Of a stretch of 64,000 nt of DNA, positions 1 to 10,899 are shown piece by piece; position 1 is the first letter of the stretch, and each line of letters starts with the position of its first letter. The translations under genes and the position numbers were made by a program. Below the pieces are notes generated by a model. That model saw only the letters and a program-made list of their open reading frames with translations, made no database searches and was not told where the DNA came from. The DNA lies in NCBI GenBank assembly GCA_963575745.1, contig CAUYUJ010000015.1:186001-250000 (forward strand), given 5' to 3'. The DNA comes from Prorocentrum cordatum. Taxonomy: Eukaryota.

Positions 1-246
1 GCAGAAGGCAGCCCGTGGCGCGAAGCGCATGCGAGAGATGGGGTTGGGCCTCTCTGGGGCCTTCCAGAGCGGAGGTCGCTCAAGACCGAATGGTCAGCAC
101 GGTGTCAGAGACCAGAGCCCACGGCGTCAAGGCAAGAGCTTGCCGTGCCCAAACCTGTCTCCTCCCTGGGTCTTTCACGCCTGGTTCGGACTGTGCTGGC
201 GCCCTTTTCCCATATCGGTGGCACTTTCGATGTGCACCGCACCGGT

Positions 247-312
247 CCTCCTCCTCCTCGTCCTCTCCTCCTCCTCCTCCTCATCCTCCTCCTCCTCCTC
301 CTCCTCCTCCTC
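247..312. repeat. (CCT)n microsatellite
   Basis: Direct reading of the cct triplet run. Confidence 0.95.
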
Positions 313-649
313 CACAATTGCTCAATATGAGAATACTCTCCCTCTTCCCCTGATGGCGTCCGGGTGATGGCCGCGCACTCTCCGCGTACTGTTTTTGTAC
401 ACACAGGATTCCCGGGAAATCCCGGGAAACGACTCTCGCTGAGGCGCCGGCGTCATTGTTTCCCAAAATGCTGCTCTCGTTGAGGCGCCGGCCTCATTTC
501 TGCTCCCGAATCGTCCCGAATCGTGCTCCCGCTGCAGCGTGGGCCTCATTTTCGGATCGGTGTTTGGCCTCCGTCGTTCAGGATGGCGTTCTCGCCCCAG
601 CGCGGGCCTTTTTCTCGCGCGCCCATCCGCCCGCCACCACCGCGCCGCA

Positions 650-880
650 CCGCCACCACCACCACCACCACCACCACCACCACCACCACCACCACAACCA
701 CCACCAGCACCAGCACCAGTACCACACCACCACCACCAGCACCACCACCACCACACCACCACCACCACACCACACCACACCACCACCACCACCACTACCA
801 CCACCACCACCACCACCACCACCACCACCACCACCACCACCACCACACCACCACCACCACCACCACCACCACGACAACCA
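650..880. repeat. (CAC)n microsatellite, imperfect
   Basis: Direct reading; explains the poly-H/T/P ORFs. Confidence 0.95.
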
Positions 881-1090
881 CGCACACACGCACGCACGCA
901 CGCACGTGCACCACCACCCACTACGCACGCGCGCGCGGAGCCACAGGTCCGCTACGACACGCGTCCGCGGATAGAGAAAATCAGCGCCATGGTAAGGGAT
1001 GGGAGGGAGGGGTAGGACGTCAGATATGACGCGAGCGCACCTAGCTTGTCCTCCTCCTCCTCCTCCTCCTCCTCCTCCTCCTCCTCCTCC

Positions 1091-4000
1091 CTTGGACCCC
1101 CTCTTCCACGCTCTCGAGCGAGGGCTGCCTTGTGAGTGACCCTTTGTCCCTTTTGAAGGTGGAGGGTCTTCGTTTCTCGGAGCTCTGGGGCTCTGGCAGC
1201 GGCGCTGCCCCCGACGGCGTCTTCGCGGACCATCTCCCCCGTCTGTCTGCCGGGACATCTCTAAATCGTATAAGGAATCCTCGGCTGTCTCCCTTGACGG
1301 CTTTCATTGTAGGCATTTTTCTTTGCTCTCGGACGCCGCTCTCAATTGCCTGAGTGCCAGTTTCTCCGTCATGGAGGCGGTGGGCTGCCTTCCCCCTCAG
1401 ATTTCGGTTGTTCTTCTGGCACTTTTGCCTAAACCGACTGGAGGTTACAGGCCGATTGGGGTGTTCTGTTCCTGGTTTAGAGTCTGGGGCCGCTGTCGGC
1501 GCCCCCTGGCCCTGGACTGGGAACAACAATACCCCAGAAGGTACTGGGCTGCCGGTCAGTTTCGGGGCGCGGCCGATGTGGTTTGGAGGCAGGCCGTCAC
1601 GGCGGAAGGATGCATTGCGAAGGGCAAAGCTTCTCTTAGTGTGTTGTTCGACCTTCGCAAGTTTTATGAGAACATCTCGTTGCAGGAGTTGGAGGTGCGA
1701 TGCAAGAAACACGATTTTCCTTTTGCTGTGGCCCGTCTTTGTATTTATGCCTATCGATGTGGTAGATTTCTCTGTCTTGGGGGGTGGCTCGAGGGGCCCT
1801 ATTTCTGTCTCAACGGCGTCAACGCAGGGTGCTCGATGGCGACCTCCTTCATCAGAGTGTTTTGCCAGGACGGGTGCGATTCCTTATCCCCCCTTGAAAA
1901 CTTCGATTTGGATGTGTATATTGACGACCAGGGCCTCTCCGTTACCGACACCCCTTCCAAGGTCGTGAAAACTGTCGTCCGCGGGGCCATGGAGCTCCAT
2001 GATGTGGTTTCCAAGGCTTTCGGGTGCAGCCTCGCCCTCGACAAGACGGCCGTGGTGGCCTCTAGCAAGGCGATTGGCGAAGAAGTGGCCTCCCGGCTCA
2101 GCTGTTTAGGAGGGCGGTTCACCAGCAGTGCCGTCAACTTAGGTGTGGACTACACCGCAGGCCGAGCTGTTCGAGTCGGCGGGCGCTGCGCCCAGCTTAA
2201 GCGCAGACTGGCCAAAGCCTCCAGGGCCTCCAGGAGGCTCAAGCGTCAGAACAAGGTCTTGTCCCGTTCTCAGGCGCTCAAAGTTTTCTCGGCTGGGCCT
2301 CTTACTGGGGCCTCATACGGTTCAGAGGTCACCAGCATTAGTGATTGGGACTTGTTGTTGTTGCGCAGGCGAGTGTTTTCTGTCGTGAGGCCGACCTCGC
2401 AACTTCGTTCGCTGACGACTGCGGCGTTGCTCGATTTCGATCCGTGCTGGCGCACGGCCACTGCTCCCATTGTCCGTTGGTCTAAGGAAATCTGGTTATG
2501 CCAGACTGGTGCGTTCCAGTGGGCCCTTCCGCTCACTACCCTCCGCCAGGCTTGGCAATCGGTGTTCGCCGATCAGACCTGCTCCTGGAGGAGAGTTGCT
2601 GGGCCAGTGTCCGCGCGTCGCATGAGCTTGGTGCGGCTTGGGTGGCAGATGGATGATTTTATGACCATGCGAGATGACCGTGGATTCCTTATCCCTCTTG
2701 GGACTGTTTCCCCGGCGCTGGTGAAACTCTTGGTTCGGGACGGGTATTTCAGAATGCTCGAGCGCGATTCTGGCGAAAAGCGCGGCATCCTCCCCCGCAT
2801 TTGCTATGACATTGTTCGTGAAGCGTTGAATAGTAAGAACTACTCGGCCTTACAGAAGGCTCGCATCAGGGCTTTCGCCACGGAGGCTTTCTTCACGGGA
2901 TCTGGAGCGCGATGTAAAGGATATTTGGTCGACGGGCTTTGTCCGTTTTGCGGAGCTCTCGATACCATCTTCCACCGGCTTTGGGAATGCACCCACGAGC
3001 CAAACGTGGCGCTTCGATCGGAGCTCGTTGATGATAGCACGGTGGCTGCTGCTTTGACAGCTAAGGACTCCGATGACAGCAACGATGTGTTCCTTTTTAC
3101 TTCTGGGGCTTTTCGCCATCCCGCCGACTCCTACCCTCGGCCCCTTACCGAGTCGGATGATGGCCCGCACCTTGTGTGGCACCGACAGGATAGTTTGCAC
3201 CCTCGGGGACATGTTCCTGGGACTGAGATGTGGGGTTCTCTTTTTGTGGATGGCAGTTGCACGAAACATCCTGTCCGGGAGCTCTCCCGAGCCGCCAGCA
3301 GCGTTGTGATGGTTGACGATGCTGGAGATGCCGTCGCCGAGTTTCGTGCTCCCGTCTGGGCTCCCTATCCTCAGACTCCCCAGTCGGCCGAATTCAGCTG
3401 CCTGACGTGGGCCACGGTGCTCAGCTCGGCCGCTTTCTCTGTTTTCTCCGATTGCAGTAACGTTGTCAAACAAGCTTGTCGCCCAAAGGTTGAACAGTTT
3501 TCGGGCAAACGACTGTATTCAGCGGCGTTCTTGCAGATATACGCTCAGGGAAGTGCTCCACCGACCGATTGCGTCAAGGTCGCCGCTCACCGTGACATCG
3601 ATGAGGCCGGAATCGACGGCACGGAGCGTTGGCGGAGACTTGGCAATCACCATGCGGATTTGGCGGCGAAGCACGCCACATGTATACACCCGCGAGACGA
3701 GTCTCGCCTGGAGGTCATCGACAAGCAGGTGAAGTATGCTCGCGAGACGATTCGTCTTGCCGCGAATGTGCTCCATCTATGGCCCGACGTGGACCTATCG
3801 ACGGCGGAGAGGATGAAGTGCACTCCTGCCGCGACAGCTGTTTCGGGCCACCGTTGGGAACGATGGGGGAGTATCTGGAGGTGCGCCGTGTGTTTACGCG
3901 GGAGCCGTGCCGAGCAGCCACCTCGAGGTACTTGCCCCCAAGACTCCCCGCTGCACGCTTCGAGACAACATGCTTTAGAGCATCGCACAATTGCGTTTGA

Positions 4001-4474
4001 TTGCAGCGACGGTTCGGTTTTATTCATCTGCGCGCGTTGCAAATGTCACAGCAGCGGCGGACAGATCCGAGGCCCGGCCCAAAAGTGCCAGCCTCCGCCG
4101 TTTCGTGCTGCCAAGTACGGGTGGAATGCTCTCTCCAAGGGACAGCATCCGCATTTCAGGCAGCAGCAAGCAGGGGTGAGGGTCTATACGGACAACCTCA
4201 TGCCATGTTTCTGTCTTTCCTCCTCCCCTTCCTCCGTCCCCCTCCTTCCACCAGTCGGTCGCTCTGAAGCTCAGCAGTTTTCGAGTGTTGTGTCCAGCCT
4301 CCGCATGGAGGAAGACTCGCAGCCTTTGATTCCGGCTGTTGGTCAGAAATGTCTTGCTGACGTCTCGGCCTGACCCATTTCTTGTTAAGGCACTGGCACC
4401 TCCCTCCGTTGCTAGTGTGGCCGCCTGTTAGTCAGGCTCTGGAGGCGCTGAGCGTGGAGCCCAACAACAAAAAT
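1091..4474 (+). mobile_element. 5'-truncated non-LTR retrotransposon (RT + RNase H) between (CCT)n tracts
   Basis: Contains the 1016-aa RT ORF. Ends in a short A-rich tail CAACAACAAAAAT (~4462-4474). (CCT)n at 1049-1090 and 4475-4537. Confidence 0.85.
1323..4373 (+). CDS. Non-LTR retrotransposon polyprotein: reverse transcriptase, Zn finger, RNase H, C-terminal Cys/His motifs
   Basis: RT motifs LPKPTGGYRPIG, FDLRKFYE, GVNAGCS, YIDD, NLGVD; CPFCGALDTIFHRLWEC; RNase H motifs FVDGS, QSAE, FSDC, KVAAH, GNHHADLAAK. The frame continues upstream (SKSYKESSAVSLDGFHCRHF from ~1260) with a probable frameshift near 1250, so the listed TTG start is probably not real. Confidence 0.9.
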   Translation: MLSDAALNCLSASFSVMEAVGCLPPQISVVLLALLPKPTGGYRPIGVFCSWFRVWGRCRRPLALDWEQQYPRRYWAAGQFRGAADVVWRQAVTAEGCIAKGKASLSVLFDLRKFYENISLQELEVRCKKHDFPFAVARLCIYAYRCGRFLCLGGWLEGPYFCLNGVNAGCSMATSFIRVFCQDGCDSLSPLENFDLDVYIDDQGLSVTDTPSKVVKTVVRGAMELHDVVSKAFGCSLALDKTAVVASSKAIGEEVASRLSCLGGRFTSSAVNLGVDYTAGRAVRVGGRCAQLKRRLAKASRASRRLKRQNKVLSRSQALKVFSAGPLTGASYGSEVTSISDWDLLLLRRRVFSVVRPTSQLRSLTTAALLDFDPCWRTATAPIVRWSKEIWLCQTGAFQWALPLTTLRQAWQSVFADQTCSWRRVAGPVSARRMSLVRLGWQMDDFMTMRDDRGFLIPLGTVSPALVKLLVRDGYFRMLERDSGEKRGILPRICYDIVREALNSKNYSALQKARIRAFATEAFFTGSGARCKGYLVDGLCPFCGALDTIFHRLWECTHEPNVALRSELVDDSTVAAALTAKDSDDSNDVFLFTSGAFRHPADSYPRPLTESDDGPHLVWHRQDSLHPRGHVPGTEMWGSLFVDGSCTKHPVRELSRAASSVVMVDDAGDAVAEFRAPVWAPYPQTPQSAEFSCLTWATVLSSAAFSVFSDCSNVVKQACRPKVEQFSGKRLYSAAFLQIYAQGSAPPTDCVKVAAHRDIDEAGIDGTERWRRLGNHHADLAAKHATCIHPRDESRLEVIDKQVKYARETIRLAANVLHLWPDVDLSTAERMKCTPAATAVSGHRWERWGSIWRCAVCLRGSRAEQPPRGTCPQDSPLHASRQHALEHRTIAFDCSDGSVLFICARCKCHSSGGQIRGPAQKCQPPPFRAAKYGWNALSKGQHPHFRQQQAGVRVYTDNLMPCFCLSSSPSSVPLLPPVGRSEAQQFSSVVSSLRMEEDSQPLIPAVGQKCLADVSA

Positions 4475-4711
4475 CCTCCTCCTCCCCCTCCTCCTCCTCC
4501 CCCTCCTCCCCCTCCTCCTCCCCCTCCTCCCCCTCCCGCAGTTAGTCGCCCCACCCTTCGCGAATGAGCTGCGTGCGCGGTCTCCAGCCATGGCGCAGGC
4601 GACCACGCGCACCGCTGCGAGCTGCGGCGGGACGGGCGTGCGTGTCCAAGACGCCTGCGCTGTGCCGCCGACCCCCCAGAAGAGTCGGGGGATGGAGAGA
4701 CCTCCTACCCT

Positions 4712-4860
4712 GACACGTCGATTAAGGAATTGGCAGTTTTCGGCTCGCGAGGGGGCGTTGCGGCCGTCATTTTTGCGGGTCCTGGTCCGTCGGTTTCGGT
4801 CCCAGGCCGTTTTCCCTAAGGGGAGGTTTACTAGAGGGAGGTTTGTTCACCGCCGAATGG
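4712..4860 (+). repeat. Dispersed repeat, copy 1 (copy 2 at ~46200-46350)
   Basis: Both begin TGACACGTCGATTA..GAATTG....TTTTCGG and share GCGGCCGT.ATTTT and AGGGAGGT.TGT.CA. Confidence 0.7.
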
Positions 4861-7109
4861 GCGGCTTCCGACGTTGTAGTTGTGTGCCACCTCCCCTCGT
4901 TCTGCACGCGTGTGGTTGTTGCTTATTCGTCCGCCTCTTCCTCCGCTTCTGTTGCGGGGTTTCTTGGAGCATCTTGCAGGTCCAGGAGGCGGCCTCTCGG
5001 AGCCTTCTCAAGACGTTTTGGGGACCTTCTTGAGGCTTCTCAGGGACCCCTTCAGGTATGTGAGGGGTCTTTAAGGCAACCTTGTGGGACAAGGTTTCCA
5101 AGGCCACTGCTAGATGCCCCCTTTCGGGCCTCGCTTGGAGCCCTCTCTCTTTCTCTTGGGCCTCTTTTGCCGCCTTGGAGGCTTCGTGGGCCTTCTTGCA
5201 GCTCTCTTGGGCAGTCTCCGGGCCCTCTTGGGGGCCCTCTTGGGCCATCTTGGGCCGATCTGAGGGCCCGTTAGGGCCGTCGAGGATTTTCAGAAGCCCG
5301 ATAAGGCCGGAACGCGAAACTCATTCAAAGACTTGCCTCTTACGTCCTGTGGGGATCTTGACCTCTTGACGCCCTGTTGGGATCCTCTCGGGGCGTCTTG
5401 GGGCGTCTTGTGTGTTCTTGAAGCCTCGCCGGCGTGTTGAAGCCCTTCTGGAGCCATTTTTGGAAGGCAGCATGGTAATCTTGCTGTGGAGGGCGGATTT
5501 GGAGGCTCCAACGGCCGCAGAGATACGTCGGCGAGCTCGTACCCCACCCCAGGCCCCCGCCACTCTTGGATTTTGGAGCCCAGGGGACGGGGAAAGGGGG
5601 ACGAGGACAGCTAAATGTCTCACAGACCTTGTCACCCTCGGCAAGCAGAGATCGGGGGACTATGTGACAGACTGCGCGGGTGTGAGCGCACTGAGTGCCA
5701 CCTCTGCAGGCGAGAAGAAAATGACTATCGAAATCGAGATCTATTGACGCCAGTCCTCCCCTGTTTCCTAATGCGACGGACAGCAATAGCAGCAGAAGTC
5801 GCAAACATACAGTCGGTATTCGCACATAGTAGCACTAGTAAGACCCATGGTGCAGGCAGCAGCGCACGGGATGTTATGGCAGCAGAGGCAGCTGTGGTGG
5901 CAGTCGCGGTAGTAATGGTAGTGCTAGTGGTGGTGGTAGCCGAAGCTTCTTCTCCCAATCCGGCCTCCTGCTTCACTCTCCTCCTACCCCCCCTCCCCTC
6001 TCGCCACGATTGTGGGTGGGACCTGCGCGAAAAAAAGACGCGGGGAGGGAGACATTCAAGAAGGGAGAAGAAGCTCTCTCTCTCTCTCTCCCGCTCTCCC
6101 GCTCTCCCTCGCGCGGCCGCGGAGCCCGGGCGGGCCGTTCCGGAGCGGGCCTCGCCTCCAGCCCACCGCGGAGGAGACCTTCGCAGACCTCTGGCAGCAC
6201 AAAGGGAGCTGAATTCGGAGGCCCGGAGGTTGGCACCAACACCAGGATCGGCAGTGTGCCTCCACCGAGGGCAGCTGGTCCCAATCTCGGTGATGGTGGT
6301 ACTACTTGGGCTTCCTAGGCGGTCGGGAGATTACACCAACACCAAAATCCAGGATCCTCCTCCCCTGGTGAACGCAACCCCTTGTTTTGGTGTCGGTGTC
6401 CATTTCCAGCCCTCCAATCCACGGAACGTGTTTCCCAAATCTCCTGCTTCCAGATGCCGTCTCGAGGCCGCGGAACCATCAGATCATTCCCCGCGGCGAA
6501 GTATGGAAAGTCGTGGTGAGGGTGTCGAGGGCGCGGGGGCCCGTGCAGGAAGAAGAGGCTGCATTTGGGCATCCAGGTGGGTTTCGCCCTCCGCAGAAGG
6601 CCCTCGGGTTTTTTGGGGGGGGGTCCGGAGATTTCCGAGGGCCCGAGGGCTCCAGGGTGCTCTAGGGGGGCCGGTTGGCTCTTGGGATGGAGGGCGGCAG
6701 CAACGGGCCAGCCACAAGTAGGGTGCTCCAGAGGGGCCATCGTCGTCGACGAGCCGAACCCTCAGATCTGGGGGTCATGCAATTACTCGACGTGGGGATG
6801 ACCGTTTTTTTTCAGACGTCTGAGCAAGGAGGCGTCTGAATGTGATCAATTCTCAGTACGAGCGGCTGAGTACGAGGGAGTCATGAGCGGGTCTGTGCGG
6901 GACTAAACTTTGAGTGTCAGTTGCCGAGTGTGGCAGCAGGCGGCATTCGCGACCGTCCGCTCTTGGCATCGGGCCAGGTTCGACGCGGCGCGCTGCTGTC
7001 CTGCCGGCGCAATTCCAACCCGTCCAGCGATCTCTGCGGCATCCGCCACCGTTGTCCGCTCGCGCTCCTCCAAGCGGCGCTCCCCATCTGCTGGAAAATG
7101 TCGGTCTCT

Positions 7110-7520
7110 ACTCGGCTCTGCTGGTCTCCTGATCTGTGCTGGTCACTGCCAGAATCGGCTGGTCTATGCTGCTCTTGCTGCTCTCTGCTGGTCCTCGCTG
7201 CTCTCTGCTGCTCTCTGCCGCTCGCTAATGGTCCCCGCTGCTATCTGCTGTTCTCTACTGATCTGCGCTGGTCTCTGGCGTTGTACATTATGTTGGTCCC
7301 TGCTGGCCGCCAGTGGTGAACGCTGGTCTCTGCTGCTCTCTGCTGTTCTTTTCTGCTCTCTGCTGGTACCTGCTGTTGTCTGCTGGTCTCTGCTGGCCTA
7401 CGGTGCTCTCTGCTGCTCTCCGCTTTTCCCCGCTGCTCTGTACTGCTCTCTACTGCTCTCTGCCAGTCTCTGCTAGTCCGTGCTGGTCTCTGATGGTCTC
7501 TACTTATGTCTGCTAGTGTC
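7110..7520. repeat. Low-complexity CTG/CTCT-rich degenerate tandem repeat
   Basis: Recurrent ctctgctg / ctggtctc units. Confidence 0.8.
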
Positions 7521-7539
7521 TGTTGAGTTCTATTGACAG

Positions 7540-9440
7540 CACTAGCGAGATTTCCGCGGGCCTGCCGCTGCTCTCTGTGCTACGTTGCTCGACTTAGGCT
7601 GGAAGCCTGTGCAAGTTGATCTGTGGACGGTCGAAGGCAAAGCCCCTCTTCGATCGGATCATGTGGATTTCCGCTATCATGCCACATCCTGCGTACGTGC
7701 CAGCTTCTCTGCCTCCGTCTGGTCCTCTGCGCCTCAGCACTGGTGTGGTCAAGGCCTCGAGTCAGGCGCCGACGTCGCCGTCTTCAGGGCCAAGCACCAG
7801 GAGTTTATCAAGAATCGAGATTACACAGGAGCTGCTCTCTTGACCGCGATCGTGGTCGGCGGCTGTTGGCCTGGAGGCCGACCCCATGATGCAGGCTACC
7901 TCACGCTCGGCAGGTGCTTCCGTTGTGGAGATGATATGGGGACCCCGTTGCACCGCCGCTGGGCATGTCCGTCAAATGCGTTCCTGTCCGATCCTAGCGC
8001 TGTCCGATCCCAGCGCTGCGGACTGCGAGTACCTTGTCTCCCAGGCCCTGGAGGCCGATCCTCATAGCGTTTTCTTGACACGTGGACTCCCAAGCCTGGG
8101 TGCCACATGCGGGCACTTGAGGCGGCGTCCACGAGAGCTCGTCTGAACTTGGGGTGCCTTTCGTGGGTGGCATCAGGTTGTTGGAGGCACGCGGGGCCTC
8201 GACGGCTCTGGGGGGCGATGTGCGACGGACAAGCGTCTGCGACGAGGCGGGTAGCCGATGGTCGCCGTGGATACCCCTGAGGGGCTCGACTTTCAGCTGA
8301 ACGCTATTATGTGTGGTGCGCTGGGGCTGAGGCCCGCCGGGCCAGGCGCGGGCCGGCGCGCCGCTTCCCCCCCCCCCTCCCCTCTCCCCCACCCTTTCTC
8401 CCGCGCCGCCTCCCCTTCGTTCGTCTGTCGTCTGTCGCTCGTTCGTCGTGTTGTGCCACTGGGCTCCGTCATCGCTGATAAAAAAGTGTGGTGCGCTACC
8501 TGCTCCTGAACAGTCCAGTCCCCGTGCTGGGTTCTATGCGTTTCTCATCGTGGCTGTGCCTACTGAAGGTGATATATTGTGATCGTTTCATTACTTACCT
8601 CTCGTGAAGGGTTTTTTGGCAGCCACGAGCTCAGGTTGTTTCTAGCAGCAAGATGCTCGATCTGTGGTCTCTGATCTGGCGTGCGTTCGATGATCGCGGC
8701 CCTGGTCGCGTCGCGGTTCTTTGGGCTAGAAATCATTATTCGGCCCAGCAGAGGGCCCAACTCGCCATTAGTGGGAGAGGATTTGTTCCTGAATTGGCGT
8801 GCTGATTTCTTTGCAGGACGGGCTGCTGGTCAGGCCTCCCCATCTCTGGCCGCGGCTGACCCCACCCAGTATGTTGATCGCCTCACCTCCCACACGCTTG
8901 ATCGCCTGATGGCGGTCCACAGGGAGGTGGTGCAGGAGAATCCACGTTGAGCTGCTGACAGGCTCGGCCGCCCACCGCCTCGCCCAGTCCCTCTTCCTTC
9001 GCTTCTGGTTTGCAAGCAGAGGTTCAGGAGCGCTGGCCATAAGCCCTGTCGGCGCCGCTCGTGCAGTCAGTGTCAGGTGTGCCAGCGTCGGTTCACCCTG
9101 AAGGGCCAGGTTCAGGACTTTTGCCCAGGTCCCTGTCTGGGCCCGCCTCTCCTCTCGGCCGACCCCCTTTCCGCCACCCCTTGTGCCCAGGATGTGCCAA
9201 CAATCGTTTGAATGGCCTGCGGGGTGTTTTGTACTATAAGCGCTGTGGTGCCTGCGCCAGTGCGGATGTTCAGAGTCTTGCGCTGCATTGCAGGACTGAC
9301 CGTCCTCCCTCTAAAGCAGGTAAGGGAGTGCTGCCCAGGCTGGCAAGGGGGCTGCCCCCCAAGAGTGGTGGTAAGTTTTCGCAGGCCTGAGTCTGCCACG
9401 TGCCCAGGATTGACCTGGTCCCCACGCGCTTTCTCATCTC
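7540..9440 (+). pseudogene. Decayed 3' half of an RT-RNase H non-LTR element related to 1323-4373
   Basis: CFRCGDDMGTPLHRRWACPSN (7585-8067) parallels CPFCG..DTIFHRLWEC; C-terminal YKRCGAC...LHC (9061-9390); broken frames; ends in a cct-rich tract at ~9445-9490. Confidence 0.65.
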
Positions 9441-9614
9441 ATCTCCTCTCCTCCTCCTCCTTTTCCTCCACCTCCCCCCCCTCCTCCATTCCTTTCCTTA
9501 TAATGAAATCCTCCCTGTCGCACCCCGAAGGTGTGCCAAGCGCGTCGCCTGAGACATCCTCACCGTGTATGATCCTGAAGCTGAAGAAGTTGCACCAGCT
9601 TCACTGATGGAGGG

Positions 9615-10190
9615 CAAGCCGCTTTCAAAATGTGGCTCTCGCCTTAGCGCCGCGCACACTCGTATTAAGATGTAGCAAGAGTTATCTGTATTGGGGGCGG
9701 GCCGTTTTCAAAATGTGGTTTTCGCTGTAGCGCCGCGCACACTCGTCTCAGAATTCTGCATGAGTTTCACGGATTGATGGCAGCTCCTTTTCAAAATGTG
9801 GCTGTCGCCTGAGCGCCGCGCACATTCGTTTTAAGAATGTGCAGAAGTTTCGCGGATTCGCATGGCTAGCGTACCACAAACAGCATTTTGGAACGATTCT
9901 GGATTGTCAGCAACAGTTGCGCTGATTCGCGGCGTTGACGTCCCGAGAGCATTTTTCTGGCACGATTCAGGATCGTCAAGAAGCAACAGTCATGTTGATT
10001 CGTGGCGTTGGGGTCCCAGAAAATGTTGTTCGGACACGCTTCAGCATCTTCATACGGTTGTCTCCCAACGGGGCATTTCCCCCGTGAAAATGAATCTCTT
10101 AGGGACCTATGAAGAGGGTTTGGAGGGAGGGTTTATTCCAGCATTTTTGATGAGTCTTGGGTTTGCACTGGTCCTCTCCTCGTCGCTTCG
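9615..10190 (+). repeat. Dispersed repeat family A, copy 1 (internal ~83-bp subrepeats)
   Basis: TTCAAAATGTGG..TCGC..AGCGCCGCGCACA at ~9624, 9707, 9790; 3' block ATGAAGAGGG...GAGGG..TTTATT shared with copies at ~28.1, 39.6 and 55.4 kb. Confidence 0.8.
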
Positions 10191-10899
10191 CTCCTCGCCT
10201 CCCCACTCATCCTTTGTCTCCTACTACGGCCGCTGCAGGCGTCGAGCGGCGCTGGGTGGCGTTGGGTGGCCATGGGTGGCCTGAGTGGCGAGGAGTGGCG
10301 CCAAATGATGCAGAGTGGCGTTGGGTGGCGTTGCGTGGCGCTGAGTAGCTCCTGGCAGTAGCGCTGGCTGGCGATGAGTGGCGCTGATTGGCGCTGCGTG
10401 GTGCGGTATTTTTTTCTGCCCGCGTGGCCGTCACGCTGCCATTTCACGCGAAACCTGCAAGGGCAATTCTAACATTGGAAGCCGGTTGAAGTGAAGGTGA
10501 GAAATCAATGTTGGCGTCCTCAGAAGAACCGGAGTTGACCATTCGATTAGTGACACCCCCCTTTGGGATCTGAGGATTCGCACCCTAAAATATGCAACAG
10601 AGTCCCATTCGATGACATATATATATATATATATACAGTTGTTCGGAGGCGCGCCGAGTTACCCAAATCAACTAACCTTTTTTCATTTATCATAACCCCT
10701 TCTCCTCGCCTGCTCGTTTCTTCATCCTGTGTGCCAAGCGTTTCACCATCATCAATATCACCAACGTCATCCTCCATCGTCCTTACGTTGACATGTGAAC
10801 TCAAGTTCGGAGCGACGAAACTGATCTTACTCCCTGAAGCTAACATCTCCTGGCTTACGTTGAAGGTCTTGCTTTCGGCGGACGTTAGGGCAGCATAAG

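Noticed and set aside
322..1258. Poly-His/Thr/Pro/Gly ORFs
   Set aside because: Microsatellite artefacts.
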